In this document: positions 23,891 to 33,453 of the stretch, piece after piece
How the letters are laid out: the number at the start of each line of letters is the position of its first letter
How positions within the stretch are numbered: the stretch's first letter is position 1
NCBI GenBank assembly: GCA_030167865.1
Contig: JALAGF010005131.1
Span: 1 to 49,945, forward strand
DNA: 49,945 nucleotides
Source of the DNA: Craspedostauros australis
Lineage: Eukaryota
Direction of reading: 5' to 3'
Program-made: the position numbers and the translations under genes
Notes under the pieces: model-generated
What the model was told of the DNA's origin: nothing
Seen by the model: the letters and a program-made list of their open reading frames with translations, nothing else
Database searches by the model: none

Positions 23891-24668
23891 AGGAGCGCCG
23901 ATGACTTGCTGGTCAAACTTGTTGGGAACATGATCGTTCAATCCACCGCCTTCATGCATACTCGTAGTAGTACAACACATCGTGCATTTCCCATGTGCGG
24001 TTCTCAGGCAACCATGTTGCCGATTGGACTCCTTGGGGGATACGCGTACATCGTGACGTGCGATGGTTGCAATTGAGATTGTGATCATCTTGGTGTTCTC
24101 CCCATCGCATCATCGCTGTTGGCGTCATCATCACTTTCGTGGTTGTTTCGAGTTGACGATCAGAGATCTCATTTGAACGCCTTTCTGACGTGTCCTTCTC
24201 ATGAAAGAAGCTAATAAAGTACTTCATTGACACACAGAATTCGTGGAATTGGGAACATCTCTGCACGCGCAAAAGTGGTGAAGCGAGAATGGACGATTCC
24301 CATTTGTGGTGTTCTCGTGTTCGCAACAGCGATGTTGTGGGGTGTGGGGTGTTCTGTTCCTTCTTCTCGTTGTTGTGTGCGCCAGTTCGTAGTCAGCAAA
24401 AGGAAGGATCCGCACTCTCCGGACAGCGGTGGTGCCCTCTCCCAAACCAGGGTGGGATCAAGAAGTACACAAACAGAGAAACGAGGAGAGGAACGGGAGA
24501 ACATTGAAACGAGGCAACCGCACACACCGCTCAACCCCACACTCCAACACATCAACAACAGACATGTCATGGGTAGCTCGAACAGCACACTTCCTCGACA
24601 GTCAATCCAACGCCAATCGTTCAACGTCCAACGTCAATCGTCCAGCAACCATCGACCATCCTCTCAAA

Positions 24669-25346
24669 ATGGAGAATGTTATGAACCAACAACTCAGGAT
24701 TGCTGCCACGAACGGTGATTTGTCGGTGTTGAAGGAATGGAAGAAGCAGAACAAGACGCAGAAGGAAGGAGTTGATGTCAACAAGGTTACAGGCGAGGGA
24801 CGTATCACTCCCCTTCATTGTGCATGCATCAACGGCCACCTGGAGTGTGTGAAGTACCTCATCGAATCATGTGGGGCGAACATCAACTGCAAAACCAACT
24901 ATGGTTACACTCCCCTTCATTGGGCATGCGACAACGGCCACCTGGAGTGTGTGAAGTACCTCATCGAATCATGTGAGGCGAACATCAACTGCAAAACCAG
25001 TGCTGATTACACTCCCCTTCATTTCGCATGCATGCGTGGCCAGCTGAAGTGTGCGGAGTACCTCATCGAATCATGTGGGGCGAACATCAACTGCCAAAAC
25101 AACCGAGGTGAAACTCCCCTTCATCAGGCATGCGCCAACGGCCACTTGGAGTGTATGGAGTCCCTCATCAGAGGACTTTCACCTTCAGCTCACCCACAAC
25201 TGCAACAACTGCAGCAACACTTACAACAAAACGAACAAGCAAATGAACAACCACAAGAACAGTTGAGACAGCAGTTGAAGCGGAAGAAGAAAGAGAATGA
25301 ACACAAACACGGTAGCCACAAGAGGACCAACATCAGCATTGGATAA
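24669..25346 (+). CDS. Ankyrin-repeat protein copy C (N-cap, 4 repeats, Gln-rich coil), 225 aa; truncated ankyrin-BTB gene
   Basis: ATG at 24669; four 102-bp repeats; the terminal TAA lies where copy B has GAA. Confidence 0.9.
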   Translation: MENVMNQQLRIAATNGDLSVLKEWKKQNKTQKEGVDVNKVTGEGRITPLHCACINGHLECVKYLIESCGANINCKTNYGYTPLHWACDNGHLECVKYLIESCEANINCKTSADYTPLHFACMRGQLKCAEYLIESCGANINCQNNRGETPLHQACANGHLECMESLIRGLSPSAHPQLQQLQQHLQQNEQANEQPQEQLRQQLKRKKKENEHKHGSHKRTNISIG

Positions 25347-25630
25347 GACCAACTCAAATCCTTCTAAACCAAGAACAGGACAGACACCATCTTCTTGTGT
25401 GGACAGGGCAACTAACAGCAACCAATCAAGACAAACGCCGAAGTCCTCATGATCACCGTCCCATCCATTCAGACACTGATCGACAAAGCAATCCGACATC
25501 ACCACGCAAATGATGGCGCTGAAGACGGCACGGCCCCCCATGCAAGTAACTGTCCCTCTTCTCAACCTTCAACCAAAACACGTCCGATACATCCTCCAAT
25601 GCATCTACACAGGCAAGATATCCTTCAACA
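25347..25630 (+). pseudogene. Decayed BTB/POZ-like domain of copy C
   Basis: TDTIFLCG..PIKTNAEVLMITVPSIQTLID...VTVPLLNLQPKHVRYILQCIYTGKISF, with TAA at 25365 and 25413 and a +1 slip in poly-C 25534-25539. Confidence 0.7.
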
Positions 25631-26547
25631 ACAACACTCATGACGACACCGATGATGATGACGCAAACCAGCATCTCTTCATACGACACAACTCTGTTCG
25701 ATGATGGTGATGGCGATGGCAATGGTGACCATTCCAACAGCACCACATCCCTTCACATTGATACCATCAACGCAAACACCAACGCAAACACCAACGCAAA
25801 CACCAACACCAACAATCAGACAAGATGATGAGGCATCAACATCCAAGAGGAACTGTGGGAAGGCTCGCCAGTTTCTCCGCACCTTCACCCACCTGCCGTA
25901 CGACTATGAGTATGGAAGCTTCCATGAGTATGATCTACTCTGGGAGTTGCCACAGCAAAGCGGGCAGCCTGATACTCTGTCCGAACTTTTGTGCGGGCAC
26001 GAGGTCATGACGATCGAAGTTGCTGGAAGAGGACGATGTCAGACCACCGGGTCCGTGTGCTGCCGTGGGAAGGCATGCCTGCACACACCTGCACCCATGT
26101 ACACACATTGTCAGCATCCCATACTCGGAACACCGGCAGAACACAACAGTCTCAAACTCGACATCGCGCAGTGGAGCGACAGACATTGAGGATCGCAACA
26201 TCCTGTGTGTGAGCATCAAGGTTGCGAAGTTGCTGAAACAAGTTCTGCCAATGACGTACGACGCCGCATTTCGCAGCATCTATTGCATCGACCAACCGCA
26301 ACAACAGGTCCGGCGCGAATGAAGCTGGCGCCACTAAATCCCTTCTTGCATCAACACCCAACTGCCACAGACGAAGCTGATGCCAGCACCTATGACAGGG
26401 TGGGAATCCAGTGGTTGAATGAAGAAGAACCCGATGTAGTAATAATAATAACTCAATGATTACATTAGGAATGTGCCCTGTAAGCTTTACCCTCGCCTCC
26501 GCCGGCCCCGTAGGACCGGGTTTCGAGCGAGCCGTCGAACACCTGAA

Positions 26548-29500
26548 TCATGCTAGGTCCAGCCAGCGACTCATCAGCCGCCGCTCATTCTGCATGGTGC
26601 GCGCCCGTCGCCGGGCGGCCACCCTGGAATGCACCTCCCGCATGTCATGTATCCACTGCCGCATCTGCGACTCCGTTCCGTATTCCATCTGATAGCCCTC
26701 CCGCAGAAGGACCATCTCTGACTCGTTCATGTCCTGGCTGGCGCTTGCCGCGATCCGCCGCACTTGCTTCCGCAGCTCCGCCAATGACGGGTGCTGCTCG
26801 CCGTCGTGCACCTTCTCGTTGCGCGCCACCCAAACGCCCCAGGGAACTTTCCAAACCCACCGGACCACTTCCTTCGTCCATGCTGCCGCGTCCGGGAAGA
26901 CGCACTCATGATGCTCCATCCACTGAGACTGCTGTTTCCGCCAATCCTTGTGTAGGAACCCCAGCAACAAGGGATACCACCCAATGTCGCCCTGGGTGCT
27001 CTGCGGCTTCTGGCGCCGCCGCCAGCGGGCCATTCCCACCCTCATTCCTGACACCAGCCTTGGGGCTGACCCAATAGTCACCATGCGATCGATAAGTTCC
27101 TCGGTCGCAAGGTTCCACGCTGTCTCGTGCTCCTTACAGCGCAGGACGTGGTGTGTCGTCTCCTTGGCGCCACAGAACTGGCAGGTGGAGGACTCTTGCT
27201 GGCCCATCTGCTGCATCTTCCGCCCGACGCCCACAAAGCCAGAGGACCACTTGGTAACGAATTTCGACACGGCCTGGTTCTTCCTTGCTGCCCTAGCGCC
27301 TTGGTATACTTCCCAATCGACTTGTTTGGTTGCACCCTTCGTCCATTCGAACTTCTTCGTCCAGTATCGAAGAGAGTCAGACGCCTGCAGCGTCTTGTAA
27401 AGCTCACTTTGACCCACGTGGGAGTAGTGTTGATCGCTGACCGTTAGGGTCCATCGACTTGTTGTTGACGACCACTGCCGGGCTCGTCGTCGAGAGACTG
27501 TCGCTCCCCAAAACGCCTTGGCGCGTTTGTCGCATTCCACATTGAGCTTCTCCAACGTTGTAAGGTCTTTACCCGTGTCGTCTTGGTGTCCGCGGACCCA
27601 CACCCATTTGAGGGTTGCCCGTATGCGTTGCCTCAACCGGCGTATTTCGACGAGGATGTCCCAGTCGCGTTGGCCTGGACTGATGGAGTCGGATTGGGCT
27701 TGACGGAGGGCCTGAAGACCGTCGAGTGCCAGCGTCACTGTGCACACTTCGTTCAGCTCCGGAATCATAGCAAGCATTTCCAATGAGGCCCAGATCCCGG
27801 CGAGTTCGCTGCGGTAAGAGCTGTGGACCGACGCTGGGCCTGGCACAAAGGTATTACACGCCACGTGTTGTTGGGAACGAAGGTCGAACATTATGGAGCA
27901 AGAGGTGCCCCTTGCATCCTTGAACGACCCGTCACTCACCACCACCAGCTTGTGGTCCCTCGCCGCCGCCAGCATCTGGCCAAAATCGGCATCCCCTCCG
28001 AGATCTTCCACCGGATCGTAGCTCGATGGCTGTGCATCCGGCTCACGATGCAGACCAATCCTGCGGTCCCAAGTGATCCCTCGTTCGGTGACGACGACTG
28101 ACACCCGGTGAACTAGCTCCGGGATGCCCTGGACGGATCCTTGTAGCCGGTACATGGCCTGCCTTGTCCGGCGTCTGGTCACCGGCACGAACACCCGTAC
28201 AGGGTCCGAGTAGGAGTCGTAGATCTCTTCAGTCAAGGCCGCCTTCCACCACTGCCACGATCCATCGTCCCCGTACCACTTTCCAAGAGGGCTCTGGAGC
28301 ATGCGTCCTCGATAGCACAAAGACTTGCACCACCTCCGCCACTCCTTCCACCATCCACTGGGCAGCCGATCCGGCCGCCGCGCCCACAGCTGTCCTCGGA
28401 CTGGAACGTCTTGACCTTCCATGGCCCCGACCACCAGCGCAGATCCTGCAGCAGTAACGATGTCGGACATTCGTGCAATCCCGAGCTGTCGTCGGCACAT
28501 GTTCAGGTGATAAAGCTTGGCGCCTTTCAGGCCCATACGCAACCACACTTGGACGAGGAACTCGTCCCCATCACGCTGTAAAGCTATCGATTCCGTGGTC
28601 TCAATGACTCCAATCCCTGTGTCCTGGAGTTGTTGCCACAGACCTTTAACCCAGCAGGGCGTCACGCACTGGTGCAGCTGGTCGAACGGTTGTGAGAACA
28701 GAGACCCTCCGATACCCAGCTCTGCCTTGATCGCCTGTATTGAGCACACGAGCATGCACCCTGTAGACGTGTCGCCATGCACCTCGTCAAAAAGCAATTG
28801 CAGTTGCTTGATCACTTGCCGATGGACAGGATTTGGAACTCCCAATCCCCCGAGGGATGTCGAGATGTACATGTGAGTATATGTCAAGATGTACGTGTAT
28901 ATGTGCATCGTTCACCCGCTATTCTCTCATACGCACTTGGACGGTANNNNNNNNNNNNNNNNNATAGTATGCTGTGATTCGTCAGAATTACAGGGGAAAT
29001 GGAACACACGAAAAGGGGCAAGATTTCTGGAGGAAATTTGCAAATTACAATTTCTGAGAGAATTGGAAGATCGTCCGTCCATCCACCAATGGTACCAAGA
29101 GAATCTCGAGGTACTTCCCAACTAACCCTCAGATGACGATATCATCTGACAGACTGCTGCATCACCAATGGAACGTGACATCTGGAGAGCAGAAGAACGC
29201 CTACTGACGTCGACAGGATGTCAACATGTCACCACGTCGACATCTGTCTCCAAGTCAGAGCAGGAGGCGAAGATCAGATGACCCATGAAGATCATGGATA
29301 CTGAAGGTGAACTTCAAATGGTAAGTACTCATGGAGTAGGAACCAGTACTGAACAAACGGAGTGTCGAATGCAGAGTACGCATCGAACACGGAGTATCGT
29401 GTAGCATGAGCACACGATGTTGAGAGAGAAAGAGAGAGAGAGAATACAGAGAGGAGCGAGAGAGGATCTCGCGTACCGACTCATAGTCGGAGACTGAATC

Positions 29501-32500
29501 TACAAAACAGATTGAAGCGCCNNNNNNNNNNNNNNNNNNNNNGGCGTACACCAAGAGGATTGGAGTAGCCAAGTAATGAAATAGCAAACAGACGACTATC
29601 AACCAACACCATCTTCCACGATCGTAGGCTTCCGTGAGCGGAACTTTCCAACAGAGGGAGACTGGAGCGTACACCAGATCCCGTGGGAACGTTCTTGCGC
29701 ATCCCATCTTTGGGAGGGCCGCCAAGAGTGCTGGGGCCATGATGCGCCGCCACTGATGGCGCGTGAGTTGAGAAACCCCCATCACGTACTCAATGGACTT
29801 GATGAAGCGCAACGTAAGGGCCGACTTGGCGTCTTCCGGAGACAGCTGAGCGTGACGCATCCGTCCCGCGAAGTCCTCCGACTTCTTCCGCAGCACCTGG
29901 ACCTGTTGGTCATCGACGCTGTCAAATGTCAGGAACACGCCGAGGGTGAACAAGGGTTCAGCAATTGTCTTGCGAGGGATCGCGCTGTTGGCGCCGTCAC
30001 CGTCGACAATGACAATTTCCTCTTGCTCATCCCCGTCGCCCCATGTCCACCGTCCTTCCTCGAACCGTGGCCGCATGGACCACCACGCCGACTTCGAGGG
30101 GACAATAGCACCGCCAGTAACCCGCAATAGGCCGCTCCAGTCTTGCACCATCCGGGCGAAGCTCGCGGGGGTAGTGCTTTCCCGAATGCCTAGGGTCACA
30201 AGGTCGGTGTCGTCCACAAAGGCCGATCCCAGCAAGTCAAAAGCACCAACCCCTTCAGGGTATTCGATGGTCTGCTTGTGCCCCCGAAGCTCCATGGCTT
30301 TGAACATGACCGAGCTGATCACCGCCCATATGGCGGGTCCCGCCCCGTTGCCTTGTCCTATGCCATGCATACTGCAGTCCGGTCCACTTTGGTAGGACCT
30401 ACTGGATACTCCAAAGGCCGTACTGATGCGGTGACTTGTGTCTCGTAGCGTTTGGAACATGCACCTCGTCGCCGCTGGATTGGCACCTGCCGCCATCATC
30501 GCGGTGGCCGCGAAGTTGGGCACTATACGGTCGTAGCATGACTTGGCGTCGTTCGAGCAGAACCATATGGGCACTTTCTTTTGCTTGCCGATGTCGATCG
30601 TCAGTCGCTTGTTCAAGGCTGCGCTTATGGCCGATCGTCGCTTGCGGCTCCCGAATTGGAAGTCCGAGAGCCACCCTTGTGCTTCCGCTGTGGCCATCAT
30701 TTGCTTCCCCAGACGCTTATTATTCAAGTTGAACTGCAAGTCCATCAACTGTATGGTCCTCATTTTTTCAATGTTGAAAACTTGAGCCTTCTTCAGGATC
30801 TCCACATCTGTGATGCGCTGCCACTCTGTTGGGGAGTAGCCCGTCTGATATGGTATTTCCTGCATGGCCATGTCCACTTCAGAGAGGGTGGTGTCGTATG
30901 ATGCCGCCTTGTAGTGACCGAAATGGGGTCCGCTTGGCTTGGAGTTAGTTAGTTCCGTCTGCTTGCGCCACGCCTTGACATGCTCTTTCACCGTCAGCTC
31001 GTCCGTTTGGTACGGCACTGACTCCAAGGCCTGCATGAGACAGTTCCAGAGCGGGTGGTCAAATTGCGAACGGGCATCCCCTCGCAGAAGCTCCGGGGCC
31101 GTCGCCGGGTTCCAGATCTTGTCCATCAATTGCCGGCCTCGTCCTGTCATACACGGGGTGTCCTTGGCTTGCGAGAACCTCCGCTTGTTCTCAATGACGC
31201 ACGCCTCCACAATTTCGTCTTGCTCTGTGCACTCGTGTATCGCTCCGTCTACGTCTGTAAATAGAACTTTCGTAGTCATCGACTTGCCTCCACCGAATAC
31301 GGTTCGGAGACGTCCGGCCTGTTCTCGTTGGCGCTCCCGGTTCATGGGAGTGTTGATGGCTGTCTCATACTCCTGTTCGCGGCTGTCGTGCCGTTGTCGG
31401 GCGAGGTCAACCAGGTGGTTTTGTTGGGCCTGCTTGTGCTCCTTCTTCATTCGGTAATAGGCTTTGTACGCCTCCACTTGGGCTTGTAAGGCCGCTTCCA
31501 GGGACTCAGCCCCCTCGCTACCGGCCTGTAGCCGAAGTCGAGCTCTGAGAGACAAGCTTGTCTTCACTCCTCGCCAGTGTTTCACCTCAATGGACCAGTG
31601 CCGCACTTGGTGTCGAGCGGCCTGCATCTCGGGTGACCAGGCAACTTCTCCCATGGTCAACTTCCGACTCCGCTTTTCAGCATAGCGTCTGATTTGGAAG
31701 ATCTGGGTCATTAGTCCATCGAAGGCCCGTTGTTGGGAGGGGCTTAGTTGCCACCCTTGTGCCTTGGCTTTGGTGAACAGATGCATAGCCCGCTGGTGCA
31801 CGTTGTGTTTCCCGTATTCTTGAAGAACCATCTCGTTGTACTTGCGTACCACGTTAGGGTTGCTGAGCACCAACCGTCTTGGCGAAGGAGACTTCACTCG
31901 TTGGACCCCTATCCCCAGTAACTGGGAAAAGCTGAGGTCCACCCAAATCGCCCTGTGGTCTGAGGGAATGGCCTTGCCAAACCCTGAATAACCTGCGCGT
32001 ACGATCTCGACACCTTCCGACACGTAAATCGCGTCGATGGGCGTATTGGTTTGGTTCCGCTGTTGCGTGGCTCTTCTGGCGCCGTCACCGATGCGTTCTA
32101 AGACTGCGTTCTTCAATCCAACGGCCATAAGGGCCTGAGCTGTGCCCCCTTCATCCGTGTCTTCATTTAGATCGACTCCGAGAACTATCGAGTCACCTGC
32201 CACCGTCCATGCTCTCACTTGATGTTGGAGGTCCTTGATCCACGCTTCATGTGGGTCCTTGGTTCTGCCTTGAGCTTGTAGTGCGCGTGCTTGTTGGTTC
32301 CACACTGTGGTGTCCCCTGAGGTGGACTTGCAGGGCCTGTAGGCCGCAATTATTCTCACCGTCTTGCTCCGCTTGCCTTCCACTCTGGACCATGACCATC
32401 TCCCCAGCCCCGTAGTGTCCACACCGTAGTTGAATGTTCTTGCGGCCAGTTGTTCGGTCAGAACAATGCCCGTGCCTCCGTAGAGACATGGTTCTCGGCC

Positions 32501-32824
32501 TGGCTCATGTAGGTTATACGAGAACACGTGTTTGGATCGCTTGACCTTCCCACGTACCCTTTCTTCCCATTGGTCGGCGGGCTGAACGTGGTTCCATCGC
32601 AGGTTGGTCTCCGCCATTGTCAGCACGTCCAATTGGGACCGCCGTATGAATTCGATGATCTCCTCGTTCTTTTGCTGGTACGTGTGTTGAGGGATTTGAG
32701 ACGCATTCTGGAAGACCACTCTGATTTCGTTGTCTGTCTTCGTGTTCATCACATCTCCGCAAGCATCGTTTAGCTTACTTGCTGCCTCCTCTCTTGCCGT
32801 TTGGCCGGCCGCCGTCGCACTCAT
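26548..32824 (-). CDS. LINE ORF2: AP endonuclease, reverse transcriptase, RNase H and CCHC knuckle (1824 aa reconstructed), split by an insertion at 28858-29653
   Basis: APE: FQNA, AETN, DLN, IDAI, SDH. RT: DAKSCYD, QGNGAGP, FVDD. RNase H: VSDGS, RSELAG, LDG, WVRGHQD, NVECD. Knuckle: CQFC...HHVLRC. Confidence 0.92.
28858..29653. mobile_element. TG...CA insertion (solo LTR or collapsed LTR element) with 6-bp TSD GAGGGA; contains two N gaps
   Basis: Ends TGTCGAGA...TTCCAACA; GAGGGA at 28852-28857 and 29654-29659; removal restores YAPVSLGGLG in frame. Confidence 0.8.
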
Positions 32825-33453
32825 GCTGGTTGTGTCGTCGTCGTTGACGTTGACGTTGTCGCTGTTGTAGTCGTTGTCGTTGTGACTGTGAACGCCGCTG
32901 CCGGTGTCGTCGCAGTAGCTGTTGCTTTTGCTATTGCTGCTGTTATCGCTGTTGCTGTTGCTGTTGCCGTTGCGGCTGGTAGCTGTTGTTGTTGTTGTTG
33001 TTGTTGTTGATATTGACGTTGATGATGTTGTTGTTGCTGTTGCGGTTGGTGGTGTTATCGTCGTTGATGGCGTTGTTGCGGTTATTGTTGTTGTGTCGCA
33101 ACACTTTTGCTGTCGCCGTTATCGTCGTCGTCGCTGTCGTCTTTGCCGTTGTCGACTTTCCCTTCCTTCCCTTTTTTTAAGCTTTTTGTCGTCACCTGGC
33201 CCGTCTGTGCTTGACTCTGTGATCGTTGTTGTGTTGTCGCTGTCGCGCGCTTGCCTTGTATCTTCAATGCTGTGATCTTTGATGTGGCGGTTGCGGCGGT
33301 CTCTGACTTGTTGGACTTTGTTGTGTTGGTACCTTTGGTTGCTATAGTCTTTCGTTACTGACCTCGTCGGGCCTCTCGCCTTTGTTGCTGGCGACTCGTT
33401 TGCGGTCGCTCCTTACTCTTGCGGGTATGGTGCGCCCTCCGTTCCTTCGCCGA

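Noticed and set aside
15890..25180. Diversity-generating retroelement or CRISPR-like array behind the ankyrin variability
   Set aside because: Variation is not adenine-specific, there is no template repeat, the units are in-frame coding repeats, and nearby RTs are ordinary Copia and LINE types.
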